In this document: positions 10,136 to 19,186 of the stretch, one piece after another
Layout of the letters: every line of letters starts with the position of its first letter
How positions within the stretch are numbered: the first letter of the stretch is position 1
IMG/VR virus record: IMGVR_UViG_3300045988_150584
DNA length: 64,000 nt
Origin: a virus
Reading direction: 5' to 3' (one strand)
The notes under the pieces: generated by a model
The model's input: the letters and a program-made list of their open reading frames with translations, nothing else
What the model was told of the DNA's origin: nothing
The model's database searches: none
Position numbers and translations under genes: made by a program

Positions 10136-10505
10136 GCTTATAATCGCTGGCGGGCGTGATTTTAACAACTATGACGGCATGTCGAAATGTCTTGACCGTC
10201 TGCTGAAAAACATCAACGATAATATTGAAATTGTTTGTGGTATGGCTCGCGGCGCAGATCGTCTTGGAGAACGCTATGCAAAAGAGCATGGCTATAAAGT
10301 AATCTACATGCCTGCCGATTGGGATTTGTATGGAAAATCTGCTGGCTTCAAACGCAATGTACAGATGGCTGAGTATGCAGATGCGCTCGTTGCTTTTTGG
10401 GATGGAGTATCGTCCGGTACGAAACATATGATAGAAACAGCGCAAAAGATGGGACTTGATGTGCGCGTAAAAAAGTACCTAATGGTAAAGAGGGATTCCA
10501 CATGA
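10128..10505 (+). CDS. SLOG-fold / DUF2493-like nucleotide-binding protein
   Basis: MFKLIIAGGRDF..IVCGMARGADRLGE..VAFWDGVSSGTKHMI matches the DUF2493 (SLOG) pattern. Confidence 0.6.
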   Translation: MFKLIIAGGRDFNNYDGMSKCLDRLLKNINDNIEIVCGMARGADRLGERYAKEHGYKVIYMPADWDLYGKSAGFKRNVQMAEYADALVAFWDGVSSGTKHMIETAQKMGLDVRVKKYLMVKRDST

Positions 10506-10657
10506 ATGAGCTTAAAAAGTATGAAGAATTGAAAAACAAGCTACATGATGCGGTAAATGAATTATGTGTATTATGCGGAAAGTATCAGTTTGAGCATATT
10601 GGTATGTGTGATGGGTGTAGATGGAAGCAGGAAAAACACGCATGGACGAAAGAGTAA
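10502..10657 (+). CDS. Small Cys-containing protein (51 aa, hypothetical)
   Basis: Hand-translated ATGA-coupled ORF below the 60-aa track cut-off: MNELKKYEELKNKLHDAVNELCVLCGKYQFEHIGMCDGCRWKQEKHAWTKE. Confidence 0.35.
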   Translation: MNELKKYEELKNKLHDAVNELCVLCGKYQFEHIGMCDGCRWKQEKHAWTKE

Positions 10658-10769
10658 ATAATAGTATCTGCCCGTTTGTCCGCTCTGGCGAATGTGATGT
10701 TCCTCCGTGTAATTCGTGCTTTTTATACCATTTGAGTTGTCATGAAGATAAAAAGGAGCAGCGAGAAAA

Positions 10770-11654
10770 TTGAAACGACCAGAAATCACAAAGCAATTAT
10801 CAGAGCTGTTAGAAAAACACATTGATCCGCATAACGATCCGCGTGTGTATTGGGCAAAAGAAGTGACATTTGATTATGCAACAAGCAATACCGTAAGAGT
10901 TGACTACATGCTTTTCAAACCAATAAACAACTCCGTTTCTGGCATTGAAAAAGGAGATTTCTCTTGCTATGAGATTAAATCCTCCGTCGATGATTTTCAC
11001 TCGAAAAATGGACATAACTTTATTGGCGATAAGAACTACTATGTCATGCCAGAGAGCGTGTTTGAGAATGTGAAAAATGAAATCCCTTATTTTGTTGGTG
11101 TCCTATGCCCGCGTCAGGTATTTAGCGGTAGCTCTACATATCAACTTGTCGTTGTGAAAAACGCAAAGAAACACGACCGTACAAAATCAGTCTCAGAAAT
11201 GCTGTTAATGATGTGGCGCTCATCCAGACGCGAAATTGTTAAAGCAAGGCGTATTAAGAAAGTGGAGGAAGTAATGGAAACTGATGTTTTAATCAAAAAT
11301 CTCCGTGAAGCTGCAAATAAATGGGACAGAGATAACCCAAATCCACCGACATTCTCGACGGTTTATTCTGCTGCTCTGCGTGATGCAGCAAGCAGATTAG
11401 AAGAGTATGAGAAGATTATTTCGGAGACGCAGAAGCCGAACAATGTACTTAGCATCGAAGATCTTCAGCGTATGAACGGGCAACCAGTGTGGATTGAAGA
11501 TATTCATGAGTGGGCTATCGTTTCTGTTGATGAGAATGGTTATTATGAGGGTATCCCATTTGCACAAGGACATTGTTTTAACTGGAATATTAAAGATCGA
11601 AACCTGAAATGTTATCGGAAACCGCCAGTCAGTAACACTCAGGAGGATAACTAA
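10770..11654 (+). CDS. MmcB-like PD-(D/E)XK nuclease-domain protein
   Basis: RVDYMLF...CYEIKSSVDDFHS...KNYYVMP resembles the MmcB-type D..E-x-K core. TTG start 9 nt after AAGGAG. Confidence 0.5.
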   Translation: MKRPEITKQLSELLEKHIDPHNDPRVYWAKEVTFDYATSNTVRVDYMLFKPINNSVSGIEKGDFSCYEIKSSVDDFHSKNGHNFIGDKNYYVMPESVFENVKNEIPYFVGVLCPRQVFSGSSTYQLVVVKNAKKHDRTKSVSEMLLMMWRSSRREIVKARRIKKVEEVMETDVLIKNLREAANKWDRDNPNPPTFSTVYSAALRDAASRLEEYEKIISETQKPNNVLSIEDLQRMNGQPVWIEDIHEWAIVSVDENGYYEGIPFAQGHCFNWNIKDRNLKCYRKPPVSNTQEDN

Positions 11655-12076
11655 TGGAGCGGCTGACCAATAAACGCGAGGCAGACGCTCAGCGTAAGGA
11701 TTACGAAAATCGTATTAAAAACGGTTATCCTCGCAACATTCCGGAAGAGCGTTTTCTTCGCCTCGCGGCATACGAAGATACAAAGATGCCTCCAGAACTC
11801 GTTGAAAAGGTGGCCAAGTTTGCAATGTGGGTAAATGAAAGTGGGATTGACCGACTACGGCATCTTGCAGAAGCAGACGAAGAAAATCGTATTATTATCT
11901 TGCCCTCAAAAGAATACCAAAAGAAATTACAAGAAGCATTTAACATCGTTGTAAAGTATGGTTTTTGTAGCGATTGCGTACAGAAATACGATGGAACACT
12001 TTGTCACCAATGTGATTGTTTTCAGAATGGCGTTGATGTGATTAGACAAGCTTTATTTGGATCGGAGAATTTGTAA
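11654..12076 (+). CDS. Hypothetical protein
   Basis: Tightly packed co-oriented ORF with ATG directly after the upstream stop. Confidence 0.6.
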   Translation: MERLTNKREADAQRKDYENRIKNGYPRNIPEERFLRLAAYEDTKMPPELVEKVAKFAMWVNESGIDRLRHLAEADEENRIIILPSKEYQKKLQEAFNIVVKYGFCSDCVQKYDGTLCHQCDCFQNGVDVIRQALFGSENL

Positions 12077-12379
12077 ATGCCGGAATATATTTCAAAGGAT
12101 GCGGCATTTCAGAGGTTGCTTTGTAAAGAAAGCGAATTCCACCATTGGAATGACTATAATCTTGCTCAATATATCATTGCGCAGATTGTTCCAGAAGATG
12201 TAGTTCCAGCCACGCATATACAAAAACTTGGTAATATTGTTCAAACAATAAAAAATGGGCGGGCTTGTAGAACCTTTTCGTGCTGCGGAACTGACTGTAC
12301 AGAAATGACATCATGGATGTGGCCTAAATACTGTCCTTGGTGTGGCGCTAAATTGAATGGTGGTGTCTGTAATGCCTAA
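12077..12379 (+). CDS. Hypothetical protein with C-terminal zinc-ribbon (CPWCGAKL)
   Basis: ATG follows the upstream TAA directly. Cys pairs are present. Confidence 0.55.
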   Translation: MPEYISKDAAFQRLLCKESEFHHWNDYNLAQYIIAQIVPEDVVPATHIQKLGNIVQTIKNGRACRTFSCCGTDCTEMTSWMWPKYCPWCGAKLNGGVCNA

Positions 12380-12653
12380 ATACACAGAATTATCTTCCCT
12401 TTTAGAAAAGCTTCAGACAACAAGCATAGTCACAGATGATTTGTACGGCATGGGGATTATGAGTGGCATGGATGCTGCGAGAAAGATTGTAGCTGAACAA
12501 CCAATCATAGACGCAGAGCCGGTTGTAAGATGTCAGCATTGTAAGCACCATGATGATGGTGAGAATTACATTTATTGTTGGCTGTTAAAAACAAAATGTC
12601 CGAATGATGCAGATTTCTTCTGCGCTTATGGTGAAAAAGAAAGCGGTGGCTAA
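12372..12653 (+). CDS. Hypothetical protein
   Basis: In-frame ATG at 12372 overlaps the upstream stop. Confidence 0.5.
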   Translation: MPKYTELSSLLEKLQTTSIVTDDLYGMGIMSGMDAARKIVAEQPIIDAEPVVRCQHCKHHDDGENYIYCWLLKTKCPNDADFFCAYGEKESGG

Positions 12654-12654
12654 T

Positions 12655-12969
12655 ATGGCGATGAAAATTGGATATATTCAAGAGATTGATCTTCAACTTA
12701 ACCCGCAGTGTAAAGAACGATTCCGTTTCAGAGAAGCATCGTTTACTCGAAGAATTTCAAGTCGTGGAGACCGTGTGTATTCCAAAATGCTTGCACTTCC
12801 AGTTGACTACGAAGAAATCGTAGACAATGCAAACATTATGAAGAAAAATAGCAAAATCATTTTAGTACGAGAACCATTCTTACTCGATGACGAACTGCGC
12901 AAGAAAGTTACAGAATGGGTTGAGTGGGCAAACACAGCAGACCCACACGAATACGATCCGTTTGCATAA
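12655..12969 (+). CDS. Hypothetical protein
   Basis: ATG at 12655 sits just after the upstream TAA. Confidence 0.5.
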   Translation: MAMKIGYIQEIDLQLNPQCKERFRFREASFTRRISSRGDRVYSKMLALPVDYEEIVDNANIMKKNSKIILVREPFLLDDELRKKVTEWVEWANTADPHEYDPFA

Positions 12970-12983
12970 GAGAGGTTTTCACA

Positions 12984-13160
12984 GTGGATAACGAAAAATA
13001 CACGCAAACGAATAGCACAAACGAGCCTGTTCATTGCAAGGACTGCCAGCATCTTATGTTTTCCGATTGTTACGGAGAATGTACAAAGTGTCATTTAGGA
13101 ATTGTGCGGCCAGATGATTCTTGCGAATTTGGCGAAAGGAGAGCTACAACACATGTCTGA
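12984..13160 (+). CDS. Small Cys-rich hypothetical protein
   Basis: GTG 9 nt after AGAGG. Motifs CKDCQH..CYGECTKCH. The start is uncertain. Confidence 0.35.
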   Translation: MDNEKYTQTNSTNEPVHCKDCQHLMFSDCYGECTKCHLGIVRPDDSCEFGERRATTHV

Positions 13161-13713
13161 AAACCGAAAGCTGTATATCGCAGACTGGCATTATGCACAT
13201 GCAAACATTCTTGCATTTGATAATCGTCCGTTTAAGACAGTAGAAAAAATGAACGAAGAGCTTGTTAAGCGTTGGAACGCTGCGGTCGATCCTGGCGATA
13301 CGGTTTATGTGCTTGGTGATATGTTCTGGTGTATTTCCTCTCAGGCCGTACCAATTCTGCAAGCATTGAACGGTCAGAAATTTCTTATCAAAGGAAATCA
13401 CGACAGATCAAACGATGGCAAGTTTGTAAAAGAGTTTGCAAAAATTACAGAATACCTTGAAGTAAATGATAATTTTAGAAACATCGTGCTTTGCCATTAT
13501 CCTATTCCATGTTTCAAAAATCATTATTACGGTTGGTATCACCTATATGGGCATGTACATAATTCGTTTGAGTATCAGATGATGGAGCATGACAAATATC
13601 TGATGCAGGAATTATACGGAAAGCAGTGTCAAATGTTTAATGTAGGTGCAATGATGCCGTATATGGATTATACGCCACGAACCCTTGATGAAATCCTAAA
13701 AGGAGCAAGTTAA
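13153..13713 (+). CDS. Metallophosphoesterase (calcineurin-like)
   Basis: ATG at 13153 after AAAGGAG. Motifs IADWHYAH, LGDMFW and IKGNHD. Confidence 0.7.
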   Translation: MSENRKLYIADWHYAHANILAFDNRPFKTVEKMNEELVKRWNAAVDPGDTVYVLGDMFWCISSQAVPILQALNGQKFLIKGNHDRSNDGKFVKEFAKITEYLEVNDNFRNIVLCHYPIPCFKNHYYGWYHLYGHVHNSFEYQMMEHDKYLMQELYGKQCQMFNVGAMMPYMDYTPRTLDEILKGAS

Positions 13714-13718
13714 ACAAT

Positions 13719-14219
13719 ATGGAAAAATTCTATGTGATAAAACCTGAGTGTGGATTTTACAAGCAGGTATTCGACTATTTAGAAAACGCGCAGATCGTAA
13801 ACAAATTGTTTAATCAGTTCTCTCATGATATGGGAATCGAATCCAATCTCTATTATGCCAGTAATGACACGGTGTCAATCGTACCGACAGCAAAAGACAA
13901 AGAGAAATTTGCAAATCAATTCAAAAAATATGCTGACGGCGCGACAGGTCTAATGTTCTTCAAACAGAATAGCAAGGTTTATAAGGAATGGATCGCTTTA
14001 TTGAAAAAGAATAATTTGAAAGTAAAGTGCCGTCCGCAGCCAGGATTCTATTTTGGAATTTGGGGCAGAGGAAGTTCCCGTTTATTTGAACACGATGGGA
14101 AACTGTATATGTCATTAAATTACAATGAAGATTTTGAAGATCCACAGGATTGTGAGCCTATTCTTGGCAGTGAGTTTTACAAGGTATTAGAGGAACTCGA
14201 ACATAGCGAAAAGAAATAA
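13719..14219 (+). CDS. Hypothetical protein
   Basis: Co-oriented 166-aa ORF with no motif recognised. Confidence 0.6.
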   Translation: MEKFYVIKPECGFYKQVFDYLENAQIVNKLFNQFSHDMGIESNLYYASNDTVSIVPTAKDKEKFANQFKKYADGATGLMFFKQNSKVYKEWIALLKKNNLKVKCRPQPGFYFGIWGRGSSRLFEHDGKLYMSLNYNEDFEDPQDCEPILGSEFYKVLEELEHSEKK

Positions 14220-14230
14220 TGAGGTGAAAT

Positions 14231-14678
14231 ATGAACACAGGAGTAATGTTCTCATCGAAGTCTATGAATTGGGCAACACCGCAAGACTTCTTTGATAAAC
14301 TCAACTCCGAGTTTCACTTTACCCTTGATCCGTGCGCAGACAGTGAAAACCATAAATGCGCTACATATTACACAGAGCGCGAAAATGGTCTTGCACAGTG
14401 CTGGGGGGGGGCAAACGGTCTTCTGTAATCCGCCATACGGAAGAGCGATTAAGGATTGGGTAAAGAAATGCTCGGAAGAATCGTTAAAGCCAAATACAAC
14501 GGTTGTAATGCTGATTCCAGCACGAACCGATACGAGTTATTTCCACGATTATATCTATCAAAAACCAAATGTCGAAATTCGGTTTATTCGTGGACGATTA
14601 AAGTTCGGAGATGGAAAAAACTCCGCCCCGTTCCCAAGTATGGTGGTTATATTCAAATCTAAAAAGGATGAAACATAA
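14231..14678 (+). pseudogene. Phage Dam-family N6-adenine DNA methyltransferase interrupted by a G9 homopolymer frameshift
   Basis: Frame 1 (14231-14428) encodes WATPQDFFDKLNSEFHFTLDPCA. Frame 2 (to 14678) encodes VFCNPPYGRAIKDWVKK...IPARTDTSYF...GRLKF. The frames meet at a 9-G run (14403-14411), and removing one G gives a single 148-aa ORF reading ..CWGGQTVFCNPPYG.. Confidence 0.75.
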
Positions 14679-14995
14679 TGGCTATCAAAGAAAATATGGA
14701 TTTATACAGATGTGAAAAATGTAAAAAGCTTTACACGTCTGAGTATGCTGCGAATATATGTTGTAAGCAATATCATTGTAGGGTATGCGGGAAAGAAACA
14801 CCGCAGTATATGTTGATTTGCGATTCTTGCGCAGAGCATGAGCGCTTTGAAAAAGCAAGAAAAATGACTCTGGCAGAGTATTATGAAGAGTTCCCAGGCA
14901 ACATGCTCTATTACGGAGAAGAATTCTATGACGATATCGAATCTCTATTAGACAGTATTGATTGTGACTATGAGGATATTCCAAAGTATGTATAG
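14678..14995 (+). CDS. Cys-rich (multi CxxC) hypothetical protein
   Basis: ATG after AAAGGA. Motifs CEKCKK, CRVCGK and CDSCAE. Confidence 0.55.
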   Translation: MAIKENMDLYRCEKCKKLYTSEYAANICCKQYHCRVCGKETPQYMLICDSCAEHERFEKARKMTLAEYYEEFPGNMLYYGEEFYDDIESLLDSIDCDYEDIPKYV

Positions 14996-15004
14996 GGCAC
15001 AACA

Positions 15005-15220
15005 ATGGAAAGCATGGAGATTGACGCAGATCAAATGTTGCAGCAAGCAGAGGAAGATTCAGATGTTGAGGACTTCTATTTTGATGATGTTGCCGCTAAA
15101 GAGCTGAGGGAATTTGTTAAGCAGTGGAATGAAAAATATGCCAAAAGCTACTACTCGTGGAATGACAAAGTAGTTATTATGCTTCCTCCGGAATACCAGA
15201 AGGAGCGTGTCAATGATTAA
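15005..15220 (+). CDS. Small acidic hypothetical protein
   Basis: 71-aa co-oriented ORF. Confidence 0.5.
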   Translation: MESMEIDADQMLQQAEEDSDVEDFYFDDVAAKELREFVKQWNEKYAKSYYSWNDKVVIMLPPEYQKERVND

Positions 15221-15683
15221 AACAGTTGTTGGGGACATTCTTGACGCAACGAAAGATATTATTTGCCATCAGGTAAATTGTCGGGGTGTAATGGGAGCTG
15301 GTGTAGCCAAAACGCTTTGTACTCGTTGGCCTATCATCAAGAAGACATACATCCGATATTGCAGAAGATTTGAAAATCAAAATGAACTTCTTGGTCATGT
15401 TCTTCCTGTAACGGTTGAACCGAATAAGACTGTTCTGAATATCTTTGGGCAACTTGATTATGGCAGAGACAAGTACCGCAAGTACACGGACTATGTTGCT
15501 CTCACAAAAGCATTTGATGAGATCCGCAGTAAGTATCATAACAAATCGCTTGCATTCCCATATGGATTTGGCTGTGGATTAGCAAATGGTGACTGGAATA
15601 TCGTTGAAAATATGCTCAACACATATTTTGGCGATATGGATGTCACTATTTACAGACTTTCAGCAAGGAGCGACGAGGTATGA
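15213..15683 (+). CDS. Macro-domain (ADP-ribose binding/hydrolase-like) protein
   Basis: ATG at 15213, 7 nt after AAGGAG. GDILDATKDIICHQVNCRGVMGAGVAKTL and LAFPYGFGCGLANGDW match macro-domain motifs. Confidence 0.65.
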   Translation: MIKTVVGDILDATKDIICHQVNCRGVMGAGVAKTLCTRWPIIKKTYIRYCRRFENQNELLGHVLPVTVEPNKTVLNIFGQLDYGRDKYRKYTDYVALTKAFDEIRSKYHNKSLAFPYGFGCGLANGDWNIVENMLNTYFGDMDVTIYRLSARSDEV

Positions 15684-15946
15684 AACTATACTTTCGCAAT
15701 AGCAGAGCTAAGTTTCGTCCTATCGCCAATATTGACGGCAGAAAGCCAGATAAAGAGATTGCCAAACAGATAGTTGCAAAAATCAATGAGTTTTGTAGTG
15801 AACGAAACTTTAAGATTTATTACACAAGGATATGGCATGAGGAATGCAAGGGAAAGCAAATGACAAAATTTGATGTAGGAAGCCACACGGAGTTTTTCTA
15901 TTTTGAAAAAGCTCTTCCGTTCGCAGCATTTCAAGGAGACAAATAA
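15680..15946 (+). CDS. Hypothetical protein
   Basis: ATGA coupling to the upstream gene. Confidence 0.55.
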   Translation: MKLYFRNSRAKFRPIANIDGRKPDKEIAKQIVAKINEFCSERNFKIYYTRIWHEECKGKQMTKFDVGSHTEFFYFEKALPFAAFQGDK

Positions 15947-16237
15947 ATGAAAGTATTACTTATTCCAGACTGGCAAGGATGTACGATCATTACGGACAAT
16001 GGGTACTGTACGATCCAGGGCTTGCCAAATGACATTGTAGACAAGGTGTTTGTATCCGAAATCCCTATTAGTAAAGGGATCGGGCTGATCACTCCGCTTG
16101 TAAATGAGCTTACTATCGTATCTGGTAGCAGCGCAGCAAGCCTGTATTGCAAATTGCTCAATGAACACCATATCGCCACAAAAGAGATTTTTAACACAAA
16201 GCCATCCGTATTGCTGAAAGGAATCCGAAATGGATAG
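15947..16237 (+). CDS. Hypothetical protein
   Basis: ATG 8 nt after AAGGAG. Confidence 0.5.
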   Translation: MKVLLIPDWQGCTIITDNGYCTIQGLPNDIVDKVFVSEIPISKGIGLITPLVNELTIVSGSSAASLYCKLLNEHHIATKEIFNTKPSVLLKGIRNG

Positions 16238-16913
16238 GCTAATTGCCATCGGAGACATTCACGGATGTCTCAACACACTAAAAGAGCTTCTGAAAAGTGT
16301 GGATTATAGCAGTCAGACAGATACGTTAGTGTTTGTTGGTGACTACATAGATCGCGGAGCAAATAGCTGTGAGACAGTGGCGTTTCTTCGCAAGCTTCAG
16401 CAACAGGTAGGAAAAGATAATTGTATTTGTCTTCGCGGCAATCATGAACAAATGGCAATTGACGCATTTATAAGCGGAGATAATTCGCTTTGGTTTTACA
16501 ATGGCGGATACTCAACCGTATGTAGTTACGATAGAAATGGCACAGATATTGAATCGGATATTGGTTGGTTTAAGACTCTTCCGCTTGTGTACGATACACC
16601 AGAAATTATATTCTGTCATGCCGGTCTGTCAAAACCACTGCTAAAGGACAATACTGCACACGATTTGATTTGGGGACGCGACTGGATTCGACATAATGAC
16701 CGTAGGCCACGGGAAAAGCAAGTGATTTTCGGGCATACCCCAAGTAGAACTGGTGCCGCCTACACCGTAGCAACTGGCGATATTTGCATCGACTCAGCAT
16801 GTGTTTATGGCGGAAAGCTATGCGCCTTAGCAATCAACGAAGATGGAAACAGTAAACTATTCTATGCAGACAAGTCCGAAGAGGACGATGAAAACTTGCA
16901 AGGAATTAGTTAA
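16230..16913 (+). CDS. PPP-family Ser/Thr protein phosphatase (lambda-phosphatase-like)
   Basis: Motifs IGDIHGC, GDYIDRG and GNHE. Confidence 0.8.
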   Translation: MDRLIAIGDIHGCLNTLKELLKSVDYSSQTDTLVFVGDYIDRGANSCETVAFLRKLQQQVGKDNCICLRGNHEQMAIDAFISGDNSLWFYNGGYSTVCSYDRNGTDIESDIGWFKTLPLVYDTPEIIFCHAGLSKPLLKDNTAHDLIWGRDWIRHNDRRPREKQVIFGHTPSRTGAAYTVATGDICIDSACVYGGKLCALAINEDGNSKLFYADKSEEDDENLQGIS

Positions 16914-16935
16914 ACAGCATTTGGAGTGTGAATTG

Positions 16936-17262
16936 ATGTTCAAAATTCTTATTTTCTATAAGAGCATTTCTGCGGTTAAAAACTACCTCGAAATGTTTAG
17001 AAATATGCCATTGATGATTTTTGAAGAAACTCGCAACGGCTTCACATTCAGTGGTGAAAAAATATGCGTGAAAGGTATCCGATGTGCCAAAATCTCAGAT
17101 CAGCACCGTGGACATCGGGCGCATATTATCGCCGTGCAAGAAGAACTCACATGGGCTGAAGATTGGAACGAGGTTCGAGACTATATCGTTTACCCCATGC
17201 TTCAAACACCGATTGATATTCAAATCTTTGATGGAGATTACTCAGATGAACAAGCAGCCTAA
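16936..17262 (+). CDS. Hypothetical protein
   Basis: In-frame ATG at 16936 after GGAG. Confidence 0.5.
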   Translation: MFKILIFYKSISAVKNYLEMFRNMPLMIFEETRNGFTFSGEKICVKGIRCAKISDQHRGHRAHIIAVQEELTWAEDWNEVRDYIVYPMLQTPIDIQIFDGDYSDEQAA

Positions 17263-17419
17263 AGAAGAAAAGCCTAAGTATATTACGGATGAAAATGGTA
17301 CGCAGTTTTTCGTAGTTGGCAATACGAAAATCCGTGTAACAGAGCATTTTAATAGTAAGGGTAAACATATCAAAGATCTCGTAGAAAATGCCGTACAATA
17401 CGCCGCAAATGCGGCTTAA
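17246..17419 (+). CDS. Small TnpW-like protein upstream of the serine recombinase
   Basis: 57 aa. VVGNTKIRVTEHFNSKGKHIKDLVENAV resembles the TnpW pattern (G.T.Y.V..HF...GK...D.L) seen next to large serine recombinases. The match is from memory only. Confidence 0.4.
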   Translation: MNKQPKEEKPKYITDENGTQFFVVGNTKIRVTEHFNSKGKHIKDLVENAVQYAANAA

Positions 17420-17429
17420 TACCGGTGAC

Positions 17430-17486
17430 AACAGCTCGTACTTGTGATATAATTACGCGGTAAGCTTATCATAAGTGCGAGTTGTT
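17430..17486. repeat. Imperfect 20-17-20 palindrome directly upstream of the integrase gene (candidate attP core or operator)
   Basis: Arms are aacagctcgtacttgtgata (17430-17449) and tatcataagtgcgagttgtt (17467-17486). They are complementary at 17 of 20 positions around a 17-nt centre. Confidence 0.5.
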
Positions 17487-17515
17487 TCACTACTAAAGGA
17501 GGTTGCTAAACAACG

Positions 17516-19126
17516 GTGAAACAACTGATTTATCGCGTCGCGCTCTACATGCGATTGAGCCGAGACGATGAAGATTACGGAGAAAGCGTTAGTATTGAAA
17601 CCCAGCGCAAAATCATCACACAATTTGCTAACGAACAGCACTTCATTATAGTTGACGAGTACATTGATGATGGTTGGAGTGGTACGAACTTTGATCGTCC
17701 AGCATTCCAACGCATGATGGAAGATGTTGAGTCCGGAAAGGTGAATTGCATTATTACCAAGGATCTCTCCCGCCTTGGTCGTGAGCATATCATGATGGAC
17801 TATTATCTGGAATTCTACTTTCCAGAAAAGCGAATCCGCTATATTGCCGTCACAGAAAATGAAGATACGGAAAAAGGCTTGTCTGACTTCGTTCCGTTCA
17901 AGAACCTATTCAATGAATGGTTTGCAAAGGATACAAGCCGTAAAGTCAAAGCCGCTTTCAAAGCAAAGTTTGCTGCTGGAGATCGTATTTGCGCATATGT
18001 TAAAATCGGATATAAGCGGCATCCAGAGATTAAAAACCGTATTGTGCCAGATGAAGAAACAAGGTGGATACCTGAGAAAATCTTTGATTTGGCTTATCAC
18101 GGTGCTGGAGCTGCTAAAATTACAAGGACTCTAATTGCAGAGAAAGTTCCTACGCCGTCCTGGATTAACTACCAGAGATTCGGGACATTCGCTCATGTAT
18201 ATCAAAATGCCTCAGAAGAAAAACGGTACGCATGGACGGTTGCACAAGTTAAGTACATCTTGAAAGATGAAACCTACATTGGGAATACAGTTCACTACAA
18301 ACAGACGAACATATCTTTCAAGAACAAGAAACGCATTCGCAAGCCAGAAGATGAATGGTGGAGAATAGAAAACACTCACGAGGGATTGATTCCAAAGGAG
18401 ATGTTTGATTCTGTTCAGGCGCAAATTGCCACCAGACGTCGGATGCAGAAAGATCATACAACGCAGATCTTCTCCGGACTTGTCAAATGTGCCGATTGCG
18501 GATGGTCAATGCGTTTCGGTACGAACAGGCAAAACAAAAACCCATACAGCCACTACACATGCAGCAAGTATGGGCAAGTAGGAATTCATTGTTCTGCGCA
18601 CTATATCCGATACGATGTACTGTATGCCTATGTGCTATCAAGAATTCAGTATTGGGCGACACAAGCCGTACAAGACGAGGATGCTCTTTTAGAAAGGCTT
18701 CTTCAAACTGGCAATGCAAAGCAGAATGCCGAGCGAAAAAAGATCGCTGACGATTTGAAGAGAGCTGAAAAACGGCAAAAGGAATTGGACAACCTTTTCG
18801 CCAAGCTATACGAAGATCGAATTGCTGAAAGAATTACAGAGCGAAACTTCATTATGCTGTCTGCAAAATATCAGGAAGAGCAAAATGCTTTGGACGGTAA
18901 GATAGACCTACTTAATGGGCAAATCAGTGAAAATTCTGAGCGATATAGCAATATTGAAACTTGGGTGAAACTGATTAAGCAGTACGCATCTCCAACGGAA
19001 TTAGACTCAATTTTACTCAATGCTCTTGTGGAAAAAATCACAGTCCACGAGGCAGTTAAACACGAAGATGGAAGTCGAGAGCAAGAGGTCGAGATTTTCT
19101 ATAAGTTTGTAGGAAAGATCGACTGA
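17516..19126 (+). CDS. Large serine recombinase (phage integrase type)
   Basis: GTG after AAAGGAGG. N-terminal resolvase catalytic domain (VALYMRLSRDDE..SIETQR), recombinase domain, Cys-rich zinc ribbon (CADCG...CSKYG..HCSAH) and C-terminal coiled coil. Confidence 0.9.
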   Translation: MKQLIYRVALYMRLSRDDEDYGESVSIETQRKIITQFANEQHFIIVDEYIDDGWSGTNFDRPAFQRMMEDVESGKVNCIITKDLSRLGREHIMMDYYLEFYFPEKRIRYIAVTENEDTEKGLSDFVPFKNLFNEWFAKDTSRKVKAAFKAKFAAGDRICAYVKIGYKRHPEIKNRIVPDEETRWIPEKIFDLAYHGAGAAKITRTLIAEKVPTPSWINYQRFGTFAHVYQNASEEKRYAWTVAQVKYILKDETYIGNTVHYKQTNISFKNKKRIRKPEDEWWRIENTHEGLIPKEMFDSVQAQIATRRRMQKDHTTQIFSGLVKCADCGWSMRFGTNRQNKNPYSHYTCSKYGQVGIHCSAHYIRYDVLYAYVLSRIQYWATQAVQDEDALLERLLQTGNAKQNAERKKIADDLKRAEKRQKELDNLFAKLYEDRIAERITERNFIMLSAKYQEEQNALDGKIDLLNGQISENSERYSNIETWVKLIKQYASPTELDSILLNALVEKITVHEAVKHEDGSREQEVEIFYKFVGKID

Positions 19127-19186
19127 AAGACCAATATCTTTAAGTATGTGAATGGGGGGATTCACTTAGTTAAAGATACCATTTGA

